From: Phoronis australis
Lineage: Eukaryota > Animalia > Phoronida
Length of the DNA: 64,000 bases
Direction: 5' to 3'
Assembly (NCBI GenBank): GCA_002633005.1
Contig: NMRA01000394.1
Span: 288,930 to 352,929 of the forward strand
Shown here: one piece after another, positions 24,351 through 36,673 of the stretch
Layout of the letters: the number at the start of each line of letters is the position of its first letter
Position numbering within the stretch: the first letter of the stretch is position 1
Notes under the pieces: generated by a model
The model's input: the letters and a program-made list of their open reading frames with translations, nothing else
The model's database searches: none
What the model was told of the DNA's origin: nothing
Made by a program: the position numbers and the translations under genes

Positions 24351-25141
24351 ATACTGACAACATGGAACTGGAAATTTACGCTCAGCAGATATTGGGTCTT
24401 TACACTTTAATTTGTTTTACTCTGCATTACGGTGTGTATGCTTTTCAGCAAAATAAGTTAAGAGTACTGTATATGTCGTCGAGTCAGGGAGGAACTTTAG
24501 AATTCGTCTCGCCTCACAATGCAAATCAGACTGTTAAATTTTTAAATGAACCTGGTTTTATTTTAAACTTTCTTTTTAGGGAAGTTTACGGCTGTTTACC
24601 CAAGTTAAATGACAGCATGTCAACGACTAATTGTGTTCCTTGACTGACTGAAGTCTGACGTTTCTCTCTATCTCCATCCATCCCATCCTGCCCGTCTTCC
24701 TGTCATCTTATTCTAGACATTGTTATCATATCTAATCGCCGCAGCTCAGTGACCGTGGAAATTAGACTTGGTTTACAATTCATCCAGCTATTTAGTACTT
24801 AGTAGATTCATGCAAACATTTCTCTCAACTTTCAAACTTTGATACTTCCATTTTCGTTAAATTAGAAAAACTTAAGTCAAAGTTAAGATCTTCTTCTTGA
24901 AATGGTCATGAGACAAATTAAAGTTTTATCTTAAAATTGGCTGCCATTTGACTTAATACGATTGTACTACATTTGGAAGGATAACGTAAGAAAATGTATT
25001 CTTTCATGAGTTGAAAGTTAACGTTTAAAAAGTTATGTGATGAAATATGAACAGAGTTCACGAAAGTTAACAAAGCTGATTCTTATTTCAGAGACTTCCT
25101 TCATCGGTGTTTGAGGTGATTACAGATAGTGGAAAGAAACT

Positions 25142-28100
25142 ATGGGTCATTTTCGCAGCAGTGTGTGGGACCCTGTGCTCATAGTTTCACAGATCATCAC
25201 AATGCAGTGCATTTACTATGTGTCTCTAGGCTTTTGGCTTTTCATAATAAGCTGTATACTAGGCACCCATACCTCACTAAGTCATGTATTTAAATATGAG
25301 GTAAGAAAACTCTTATGTTATGACAAAGTTGTTCTAAAAATTTGCCCGATTTTAAAATTTTCTTTTTGCTTGGCGATTGAGTTCAAATGTGTGCATTGTA
25401 AGGATTGCCCATCATGTGATTTGTTTTACATCAATTCTCAGGCAGTGATTAGGTGAAGTGCTAACTGCATCATGTTTTGGTTTGAAATAATTCCAATATG
25501 CCTTCGTTAGAGTCAACATGAATGTTATAGAAGTCTCAATTTTCCCAAGCTCTCTCACAACATACACTAAGTGTATGATGTTGGTCATGTCATTAGCTTA
25601 TGTTAAACACTTTTGTTGTAATTTTGAACATTGGTATTATGTTTCCTTGTGATTTTCCTGAAAAGCATCTGTTTTTCCTTATGTTTCTGTAACTCAACTA
25701 TGTTTTTTATCTTTCAGAACATTTTATTTAAACAGCTGGCTGGTAAACTTATAATGGGTGCTTTTGTTTTAAATACTCTTTGCTGGTAAGTGTAGAAAGC
25801 TGGATGATGGATAAGTTATTAAGCTGAATCCATTTATCATTTGATTTCTGGTCCACATCGCCAACATGATTCTAACCACTGAATGTAACCTCAATCAGTC
25901 CACAGTGCATTTGTGTAAAGTTAGGAACTCAAATCTAGTTCTCTGTAAATAAAAATACTAGTATGTATTCTCAAAATATAGATTTGGCACTATTGATATG
26001 CGACTTAAATTTTAACTGCATTTTTCTCTTTTGCCCTTCATCTAAATGTACAAAATTATAGGATTTTTCTTTAAACAACGATCTCTCATAAGTGAATAAT
26101 TATGCCTTTTTTATGCGCCCACATATTTATATGTGGACGCATTATGCCGTCATCTCTGTCCGTCCGTCCGTCCGTCCGGGCGGCATCCGTCCGGCGTCTG
26201 GCGTCCGCTGCTCTATCTCCAAAACCCTTTGACATACGTTCATGAAATTTGGCACATATGTTCCATTCATGAATGGGACGGCATGTGCGAACTTTCGGAC
26301 GGATTCGACTACCGGTGTGCCCCCTAGTGGCAATTTTAGTTTTTTACGCTTACCTTTGTATCTTCAAAAGTCCTGAACGGATTTTCATGAAATTTGGTAT
26401 GTAGGCACCTAGTAGTGAGATGACGCTATCCTACTGTTTTCAGATGGATTCGACGTAGTTTGCGCCACCTAGTGGCCATTTTTACTGTTTTCGAGTCTGT
26501 ATTTTTGCGTCCACCCCTCTATCAACCAAACCGCTCAAAGGATGATTGTGAAAATTGGCGTGTATGTGCTTACTATAAGGAAGACAGCTGACAATGATTT
26601 TCAGACGATTTGGACTACTGTGGCGCCTCCTAGTGGCAGTTTTGTTTTTTTGCGCCCATGGCTGTATCTCCCAAACCGTTTGCAGGATCTTTACTAAATT
26701 TAGCAAGTGTATTTATGTGATGTTGACAACGGACGATGACGACTTTAGGATGATTCTGATTACCGGTATGCCTCTAGTGGCAATTTTAGTATTTGCCTCT
26801 AGTGGCAATTTTAGTATTTTACATTGACCTCTGTATTTTCATAGGTCTTCAGGTGTATACTTTGTGTTACTTCGTGACTGTGAAGGAAAAGTTCCAAGTA
26901 GAAATTTGTTTCTGGCATTCTAATGCTGTGCTAATCTCGTATGTTGGTAAATTTGTTTTTAATTCTATGTTTCTGTGGTGCTTTAAGCAACTGGTGTATA
27001 GGATGTGCTTGTATTATGAAGATTACTCACATTTTGCCCCTAGCCTATTGAGGAGACAATGACCATGCCTTTCCATTTTGCAAAGTATGCCCTCTACTGG
27101 CCACTTTATGGTACCAATAAACAACCCTAGAAGGATACCGTATGTGGTGCAATTGTGGGCGCATTTCAACGCTCCGCGTTGCTCTTGTACATGTATGTGC
27201 CCACATAATTATGTGGGTACATATTACCATCTTCTCTGTCCAGGTGTCTTGCATCTACTGCTGCATCTTATAGAATCTTAATAAGATTTGGCATATATGT
27301 GTTCCAATGAAGCTGATGACAGACTACGACTTGTTTTGGATCAGTCTGACTGTTGTTTTTCACCTAGTGACAGTTATAGTTTATGTCTTTTCGGAGTTTG
27401 TTGACGGATTTTCTTAAAATTTGCTCAGTAGATATTTATTAAGGAGAAACGACAGCCACCTGTTTTCGAATGAAGATAAGTTTTGCACTACCTAGTGGCT
27501 ATTTTATCATTTTCAGGTGTATTTTTGGTGTCTGCCTCTCTGTCCCCCGAGCTGGTAGATGTGATTTTACTGAGAAAAGCAGGAATGATGTTAATTTTCG
27601 GACATCTCCAACTATTGTAGCACATCCTAGGGCATTTTTTTCTTCTGTAGCTGTATCTCCTAAGCCCCTTCCAGGATCTTTGGCAAATGTGGCAACTTTT
27701 ATTTCTATGAACATGACGACAGATGACAGCGACTTTCAGATAGATCCAACTATGACTGTGCCCCTTTTTTGACACGTTTTCCTCTGGATCTTCGGAATTC
27801 CTTGTTAGACTTTATTAGATGTCACAAATAGCTATCTACGGAGGAAGCAAAGACATCTTTCCATTTTCAGCATGTAATGAGCAGCACCTAGTGGCCATTT
27901 TTATTACCTTGGAGACTGCTTTGTCAGTGTTTGCCTCTCCATCGGCTAAACCACACAAGGCTTAATTTAGAAAATTGACATATGTGTTTCTTCTGGGAAG
28001 AGAACAGTTGACAATTTTTAAACGGGTCTGACTCCTGTGGTGCTCCCTAGTGGCATTTTTTGCCTGCACCGACTAGTTCTACCACGCTTCTTGAAGGATC

Positions 28101-29596
28101 TTTATGAAATTTTGAACATGTGTTTTTTATGACTAGAGTACAACTGATGTGTAAAATTTTGCATACATGTTCCAACTTAGGACACCAAGTCTGAAATTTA
28201 GTCGATTTGATTACTGGTATACCCATAGTGAAAGTTTGATTTTGCGCTGCAATTTGGCAAGTGTGTTCCTAGTATATCGCAGCTCATGTTGACTTTCGGA
28301 AGCATTTGACAGAAGTGTGTGGCTAGAAGCATACTGATTGTGGTGCAGTCGTGTATGCGCTGCGATGCTTTCAATCTCTGTGCCACAGAACGGTACTCAA
28401 AATGCATGCAATAATGTGTGAGCGTACCGTACATCCACATATTTAGTCCCATTCACCTATATACGGAGTAGTGTGTTCTTTTAAAGAATTGCTTAATATT
28501 CAAGTGTGTTGTGTTTAGATGGATGCACCTAAGTTTCACTTACAGGTGCAGGTGGATGTCCTTGGTGTAGGCCCATGCCTTGATGTGGACAGGCACAAGC
28601 ATTGTCCGAAACAAAAGCACTTAATCTTGCCACTGCAAAACATTTCGCGCAACTTCAAACTTGTATTATTAACTGGTATCACACTCCTGTTTGGTGACTA
28701 AGTGCTGCAAAATTGATTTCAATATTTCTTTTTCATATTTGTTAAGGTTGAACAAAAGTGGCAAATAAATATTGAATATTTTTTGGATTAAACCATTCAG
28801 TTATAACCTTCCCATTAAATCCTGTGAAGATGCCCACAATTGTTTAAACCTGATCCTATAGTATTTGTGACATTCTTCACTACATCCCAACAGACTATTT
28901 ATTTAATTGCTGGGACTATCAAAAGCTTATGGAATGCACTATATGCAGAACATTACTTTGAAGAGTGGTTGGTGTTTAAGTGCATGTGCCTACTTCCATA
29001 TATAGGCGCAGCTTTGAATATGGGTGCATGGCTTACATACGTGCAGTTCAAGACAAAAGTAATCAGACAAAAAACCATTTTCCTGTCAATGGCAATAACT
29101 GTTAGGGGGACAAATTCTAATTACAATCTATTTCAGTTGCAGTCACGTGAAAAGACTACTTTGATGATGAATTTAGCTTCCGCCTAGCCGTCGTAACGGG
29201 AAATTGAAGGTCAATTTGTGTGAATAGTTTTGGCTTGTACTGTAGAACAACGAGTGATCTGGGTCAAAAGTTCATGTTTTGATGGGTTTCCACTAGATTT
29301 AATTACAGAAATTGTATTCACGTGCCATCAGTGTCTAAATGATGTGACTTCATTTCAGCTCATGCGGGCTCTGGCGGGTAGTGAAAAAGACGAAGCAGTG
29401 CTTAGACTTTAGCTTGACAGCCCACCTCATCCATTTAGTCATTTGCTGGTGTTATAATGGCTACTTTCCAAATACTCTGTCGTGGTGGTTATTGAACACC
29501 ATATGTATTGTGCTGATGACCGTGACTGGTGAATTCCTCTGTCTGAAGTCAGAGCTCAAAGCCATACCTCTAATGGGACAGAGAGCAGATTTATAG
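25142..29596 (+). CDS. SYS1: SYS1 Golgi trafficking membrane protein, 154 aa; exons 25142-25300, 25718-25785, 29359-29596
   Basis: MGHFRSSVWDPVLIVSQIITMQCIYY...|NILFKQLAGKLIMGAFVLNTLC|...GLWRVVKKTKQCLDFSLTAHLIHLVICW.YNG.FP...WW...LMTVTGEFLCLKSELKAIPL is the typical SYS1 signature. GT-AG junctions keep the frame (465 nt). Confidence 0.95.
26113..27188 (+). mobile_element. Helentron-associated non-autonomous element (HINE/DINE-1-like), complete copy in SYS1 intron 2
   Basis: Follows a T-run. 5' subTIR ATGCGCCCACA with an adjacent inverted copy, (GTCC)n microsatellite at ~26158-26177, internal satellite monomers (CTAGTGG anchors at 26324, 26469, 26630, 26774), 3' subTIR TGTGGGCGCAT at 27154-27164, hairpin CAACGC-TCC-GCGTTG at 27167-27181, then CTCTTG. 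Confidence 0.8.
27195..28130 (+). mobile_element. Older diverged copy of the same HINE family, 3' end not seen
   Basis: 5' hairpin ATGTGCCCACATAATTATGTGGGTACAT directly after the previous copy; diverged monomers with CCTAGTGGC-type cores at ~27363, 27491, 27887 and 28046. Confidence 0.6.
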
Positions 29597-31406
29597 ATCA
29601 AAGTTAATGAGTCAACTTTAATTAAGCCATGATGGATGAAATAAATGCCAAACATCAGTACTCATGTACCTTTCATGGGATGTAGAGGGAATTGGTAAGG
29701 CAAACTGCCATCCGGGCTGTGGTGGTGAATGGATTCCGGATTACCATCCTAGTAAGGTGTAAACCGGACATGGCAGATGTGTTATGGAAACTGCCACGTG
29801 CTTCTATGGTTTGGATGGCTCAGTGTTTGGAAAAGTATTATGGTACAGTGGTTTTCAAACAAAATGTCTTTGAATCTCATCAGAATTTCTTTGGCTATTG
29901 CTTACTCAATTCAAAAGCAGATGGAGTTTTTTTGCTGCAAAAATCGTCTGATTTTCATTGTAGAGAAAACATTTTGTCAACTTTTTCAAAAACTAATACA
30001 TTGTAGCTTACTCATGAGGACTATTCTTGATTGCCTCATGTACCCTGGGTATCATTTCATGAACCTTAGTACAAGACTAAGCCAAAATCAGAATAGTATA
30101 TTTCCTGAACTACAAAACTTGCACATGATGGCTTCATTAAGAAATGGTGTTCAAACAACATCCATGGGGAAATGGTGTTTTAGCCACACCTCAGGAGATA
30201 TAGTGTTTGAATCATGCGGGCCAGGTCAGTTTAGAGTGACTGGGATGACCATGCAAGTGTGTAACACTTACATGTAGAATGAAGATGAATTTTATCTCAG
30301 GTCCACCTCTCAAGCCAGTCTCCATTCTTCATTCTGTCAGAAACTGAACAATGAAGCATTCTGTGAAGTGAATATAAATAACGAATTCATGTATTTACTA
30401 GTAAAACTTGTGTATAACAGGTTAATAATAATTATATTATAATAACACTAAATCTGTTATGCTTCTTATGAATATTGAATATACTAGATTCATAAAATGG
30501 AGCTTTACACCACTTGTTGCTTTTCACCAATACAATGCTTCAACTGAAATTGTGGGCAATAGCCATTTTTGAAAACTATTTATTTAAATTTGAGAAATTT
30601 CGCTAACAAAATAATATTTTGATTGACAAAATCAACAATTCCTACAGCTGGCACTATAAAATGACTGGATGCAATACCTTATTGGGACATGTAGGGCCGG
30701 GCATGAATATCTCCTTGTTCATTTTATTTTAAAACTGTCATTTTCATTTAGTTACCAGCTTCTTTTTGCTCTATTTTACTGGTCAAAAAAAACGAAAATC
30801 AAATTGAGCCTTTTACTCTCTTCATGCGCGCAATTAGGGAAGGGTCAAGGATCTTACGACCTCCCCGCTTTGAAGCTTAACCCACCCCCTCCTCGGCAGC
30901 CCTCCTTCATCTCAAACATGAATAGTCCAACAACCATGAGGTTGGGTTTTCAACGCGAAAAGACGGCGTACCTGCACTCCTCTTCCCCTCAATTGATTCA
31001 ACATGAAGCCTGACCTACAAGACATGAGCGTGGCGTCTCCAAAGTAATGACAGTCTGATTTAAACGAGTGCACATCTAAATCGGGGAAGTAGATCGTCGT
31101 CAAAGAAGTGGGTAGTAACGATTAATATTCCTCTTTTACAATAATTGTAAAGAAAATGGAAATATCTATACTATAAAGGTGTCACTTCTTGAGAGAGTGC
31201 AAATGTCAAAAGTTGGTTTGCTCACATTTCTAATCTGAATTGCTGCAGCAAATGTAGTCAACTGAATTTGGTGACTGCGAGAAATCCTTATTCTCAATAA
31301 GCATCGATTGAAAAACCTTTAGTCAATAAGTAGGCAAATTAGCTAAATAAATCCCCTGGATGGCACGCCCTCCTTCGTGCCAGAAACAATACCCCTGTCA
31401 ATAAGA

Positions 31407-31553
31407 ATGGGCGGCGCACCATAGGGGGCTGGGGGGGCTATAGCTCCACCACATTTTTCAGTGCAACGCCGCCCATGGTCTATGCGCGCTGCACCACAGG
31501 GGACTGCTGGGGGGCTATAGCCCTCCACTTTTTTCAGGGTTGTACCGCCCATG
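31407..31553. repeat. Two short tandem units of an ATGGGCGG...GGGGGCTATAGC...CCGCCCATG mini-MITE
   Basis: Inverted termini ATGGGCGG (31407) and CCGCCCATG (31469, 31545); both units carry GGGGGCTATAGC. A related fragment lies at ~33725-33772. Confidence 0.5.
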
Positions 31554-34500
31554 AATATGGTAGGAGCACAATCAAAATTCTTTGTTCATCGATGCCAAAT
31601 CAGTCACAAAAAATCACTTCACATTACTATTGTCTTCCCATTACCAACACCGATATCGAAACCTTCAGCGACTGAGCTCTTGAAAACGCTTCACTGAGGT
31701 CATCGGCCACTGATCCTCTGTATTATTGCGAATTCGAAATTGGCGCATTGCCTTTGACTTTATTGAATTGGCGGTTCCTCGGCAAAAATTCAAGATCGGA
31801 TGTCCGTGGTAAAACGTTTTTACCCCGAACGGCTTCAATTAAAACCAACTAAATTAAAAGGCAAATTAGTTTGAATTAACCGACCTTCCGCAACTCGCAC
31901 ACCAATTTGACCACTAAGGGGAACGTTGGTTATTGATTGCAAATTTTAGGTGATTTCAGCCGCCGGGTTTCAAAAAGGCCTGATTTGTAGCTGACCAGGC
32001 TCCACTATACTTAGCTTGCCCACAGTTGTCAGCAGTGCTGGGGGCGTAGGCGCAGCTAACCACCTTTAGCTTTTAGCATTTGAGCGTAGCCGCTACGGCG
32101 CCTAGCTAGTACGTTACGTTCAGTGCTCAAGGTGATACGGTGGGCTTTGGACGCCTACTTACCTTTAATTTTACCACTACAGCACTAGCATGTGTTCCAA
32201 AATCTAAATAACTTGGGTCCTATATTTTTGTATTCGTGCGCGCCAAATGAAAGTACTGAAGAGTCGTGAGTGTTGCTGTGTTGCAAAATCTCTTATCCTG
32301 GGCCGATTTGAAAAATTCAAAGTCGTACTCATATTTGTTTTCGCTCCTCTTTTCAAATATTACAGTAAAAACTACGTAAAACTCTCTCCATAAAAAGTAC
32401 AGTCTGCTAGCTAGATTGTAATCAGCTGATCATATCCGCATGAGCCGAAGCCAAGAATTATCCTCGCTCGTGACTCGATGAATAGAGCAGCTTGACGGCA
32501 TCCCTTTGATAGTGAGCCGAGCGCAACTCAGCCAAGGTGGATAAATACGGTCTAGTTCAATTTTCCAAACCCCACCGTTTACCTTGAGCATTGGGGTTAG
32601 GACCATTATTCGTTATTTAGTGGGAATGTTTATAGCATGATGCCAGAGAGCCACTGAGTGGCCCTCCAATGCTAGAATGGAGTTAATCAGTCGTGTAAGA
32701 TTTTGGCTACAGGGACAGGGGTAAACTTCCCAACTTGTTGTTGGGCTATGGAATCGAAAATGAGTTGGGAGCAGCGGGAAAACGCCGTGCATGAAGTCAT
32801 CGTGCAAGCGGCCGGGCACTTAGTAGTCACTCAGTTTAAAGTCTCCTTGCCTTGTTGTGATATTTCTAAAGTTATCAATGACTATTATACATATAGTCTT
32901 AGTAAAACCTTAGCTTAGTTGTTTACCTTCGACTACTACAAGTCCCACTCTTGTAACTTTACGTTGCGCTTAGCCAGTAGGAACGACTTTTGTAGATGCA
33001 TGACCATGCTAAGTTTTATTACTGATGAATGGCTAAATAAACTATCTATATCTAAGATAGGTGGCGCGGAAAGCGCGATAAATAGGTCAATTTTAAGTGT
33101 AAGCCAAAGCAATGCGCGGACAAGACACTTCAATCAGGAGACTGGAGACCACCAACTAGAACATAGAAGCACTAGGACTACTGGATGATACTGAACGCTG
33201 ATATCCAGGTACGTAGTGTACATGATGAAGCGATGTCATTCAGTCATGTGTCCCGTCCTTCAAAGCAGCTATACTAGCCCAGGTAACGCGGAGTGACGGC
33301 CGGTACGGGAAGCCGCGAGCCTCGCTGGCTCGCGGAGAAGGAGTCTCTAAAAGCTAGCAATCCACCGGGATAGACTTCTACAATGAAAGCTGGAACTACC
33401 TTACCGTTGTTAAGAGTTGCCGTTATTTTGCTTGTACTCGTTGTCTAGTATGAGTTTCTGCTACTAAATTTGTGGTCGGCGTTGAGCGCCGTGAAATAGC
33501 GTCACCTATTGACCAATTTTTCGACAGTCAAGGTTTCTTCAATAAATTGTTCTCCTAATCACAAGTTTGCTACAAAATTTCCTTTGTTACAAAAACGGGG
33601 AGAGTGGTTATGAAACTGTCATATAAAAGACTGTATTTTTCTGGCGGTAACCAACAAGGTGGGTTTCAGTTGGATGTCGGGTTGATCTACAAAATTTGCG
33701 TTTGATTGTTCGGTACGTACGGTACATGGGCTTGGCCGCACCCAGGGGGTTGGGGGGCTGATAGCTCCCCACTCATTCCCTTTTTGCAGCACAGGTCGTC
33801 TAAACGCGGGAAGCTTAAATACGTGCACTCAATCATTCGTACATGTGTATATTTCGAAAAATGGAGAAGATTTGTGATATGCTTTTGCAGAGCGCATTAA
33901 TTTACTGGCTTTAATTTCAGCAAGACAATTTTGCGAATGCGAATCTATATTTTTCCAGAGGACCCTCTCCGACAAGGGATAACGGAGACAACTGTCGCTT
34001 TAAGGGGCCTCTGAAGGGGCCATTGATGACATGTGGCCACCCTTTTTGTGATTTTATTGACAAATTCTTAAGGGGCCGCTTCAGTAATGAGAGAAGGCCC
34101 AATGTTGGAATCGGGGCACCTCTATTTTCCTGTTTTTTGTGAAATTGTGCAACCGACTTTCATGTTGAGGAAGGTCACTTCCTACACCGTCGTGTGACCA
34201 CACGATGGTGTAATGAACTGTCACTTTTTTCCAATTAAGCTTAATTATGTTTACTAGCCTTTCATCTGAAGGTGTTCCATTTCAGACGGGACCCTCTTGC
34301 TGTTGTGCAGTTCGGGTAAATGTCCCTTTGTCCCTCTATACATGTAAATCCGACAGTGCCAAGTATTCACGAGTGAGGCTGATATTCCAAATTCATCAAA
34401 AACACAGAACATTCGTGCATAGCACAACAGTGTCAAGACATTCCACCCAAACAACCAAAACATGTGAAAATATAGTAGGATTGACCGTCATCGTAAAGGT

Positions 34501-34661
34501 GGAATTTTGAAGTAAGTCGGGCCAGCGATCGTCACCGGTATCTATATCCATCGTGTCAGTGGAAAGACGCCAAAACGAACATTGACTGTAATAAGAACAT
34601 AGGTTTGACGACAATCTCGTTTGTGGCATTGTTTTCTTTTTTTAATTTTAGTTGGCATGTC

Positions 34662-35998
34662 ATGATAGGACAGTCGGTTGCCGTAATAGCCGGCTTGTGT
34701 GCCGCTGCCGCGTCAGTATGCGCCAAGTTGGCGATGGCTGGAGAAGAGACTGTCAGACTTTGCGCTATACTACTCGGTTCGTCATCTGACGTGAATTATT
34801 GTCAACAAGTGAGTAATAGTAGAATGGGAAATTGTTGATCAAATTGTGCGAATTCATTTTTCACTGTCGGGGTAAAGAAAAACATGCCTGTTCTAGACTT
34901 GCGTTTGTACAATTTGTGCGCATATCCAGACCCGTCCGTAATAAGCTTTTAAAATGGTTTTTGCTCAGCTGTTTCGCATGTGTAATTACCCGGATGCTTC
35001 TCTGAAGGTCATGCCTTGAACATGTGTGAACCGTCTGTGGCATAAATTTTGTGTTTTCTGCATGTGTTGTCCATTTTTGTATTTTTCGTTGTAACTATTC
35101 CCTTTCCTCGAAAACAGCGTGATGTGGCACTTGCTAATTTGAAAGAATTATCAAACTTGTTGCAATCTTCTGCTGTAATGCTTAGATACGCAATTCCCTC
35201 GTATTCTTGATTTCTAACAGTGGTAAAAGAAGTTTTTCGATACCACGTTTATAGTATTTGGGCCCTTCGATACTTGATTAATTTGGAGCCTATTCAACAA
35301 AATGAAATCTCCAATATGACGTTTTACTGCAAATGCTACATGCAACTAACCAAATTTTTACCCACAGATAGAGCTGGTTGTTCGCATTTTGTTCTTCGTT
35401 TTGGTATTCGTCTTCAATGCTCTAATGTGGACGTTGTTTGTGCGAGCTCTCCGAAAATGTTCCTCCTCTCTGGAAGCCACTGTCTGCAACACAGCTGCAA
35501 ACTTCTTCTTCACCGTAAGTCATTCTCTTCTCATGCCCGTTGGAAGAATGTGTAGGACAATTAGCTGTAAATTTGAGGATCATAATTCTGAACTTGGCAC
35601 AGCATGTTGAGCAATATTATAAATACAGCGTTTATATCTGTTCTAATAAAATAAAAGGAATAAGTCATTAGGAAAGCAAATGAGTTCCCCCATGATACAA
35701 ACACATTTTGCACTTAATTTATGCACTTTGTTAACAAACCTCTGACGAAGTCACCAAAACTCTAGTTTAAGTCCTGTTTGCCTTGCTCGCTCACTATTGC
35801 CACATCAAAACCATTTCTTTTTTTCATGGTTTTCTTGATTTATTGTTTCAGGCGTTGCTGGGAAACTTACTATTCGGTGAAGTTTTGACCCTCAAGTGGT
35901 GGTTGGGAGCCTCATTCATACTCTGCGGGCTTCTCGTGATTTTTAAGTCTGACCCCAGAACTCTTAAAGAAAACGAACAGAGAAAAAAATCCGAATAA
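34662..35998 (+). CDS. TMEM42: Transmembrane protein 42 (EamA/DMT-like), 146 aa; exons 34662-34808, 35368-35514, 35852-35998
   Basis: AGLCAAAASVCAKLA...|..FNALMWTLFVRALRKCSSSLEATVCNTAANFFFT|ALLGNLLFGEVLTLKWWLGASFILCGLLVI matches recalled TMEM42 motifs. Introns are phase 0, GT-AG. Confidence 0.92.
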
Positions 35999-36606
35999 CA
36001 TCACGAGATCAGTTGAGGAGTGGCCATATATAAGCTGCAGTAACATTTTTTTAGACCAGTGTTTGTATGTTTTTCAATTGTGAAACTTTGGTTGATACTT
36101 GATTTCTTTAAAAAAGAATAGGGAGTATCAGCATGTCATCTACTGTACGCTGAACTGGATGTTGGGTGTCGTAGGTGAAGTTCTAATGTGATACTCAGGA
36201 ATCGTCATCAACATGTCATCAGTATACTACTGGTCTACGTGCCCTTGTACTGCACATGATGGGTAGAATGCCTGCAACTGTGAGTGACTCGGAACCCCAT
36301 AGCCGTCCTAAGGTTCTGTATCCACACTGAAAATACGTGGAACTAGCTGGCACTCGGTTAAAAACAAAGACTCCATTCAAACCACTACCAGTGTGAACCA
36401 GGGCCAGGTTCAGTAACGTTGAGTCACTTTCAGCGAGAAATATTGGCTTAGAAATCAGGATTTATTTTCCCTATGCTAGCATCCGTAAACATGTTATCAC
36501 TTTCAGTGGTGGGTTTTTTCAAGAGTCCGTGAGCATACATGTAAAACGGGACGCATTGCGTTGCATTGACATGATTTTGCTAAGCACGCCAGACACTAGT
36601 GTAACT

Positions 36607-36673
36607 CAATGCACCCCTGATACAGCGATACTCGATGCACCCCTGATACAGCGATACTCAGTGCATCCCTGAT
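36607..36673. repeat. 26-bp tandem repeat, about 2.6 copies
   Basis: caatgcacccctgatacagcgatact / cgatgcacccctgatacagcgatact / cagtgcatccctgat. Confidence 0.8.

Noticed and set aside
29692-30277. 104-aa and 166-aa overlapping ORFs after SYS1
   Set aside because: They fall in the probable SYS1 3' UTR, with no protein motif and no splice support.
34662-35998. All three TMEM42 coding segments are exactly 147 bp
   Set aside because: The first and last are bounded by the start and stop codons rather than by splice sites, and there is no internal sequence repeat; treated as coincidence.
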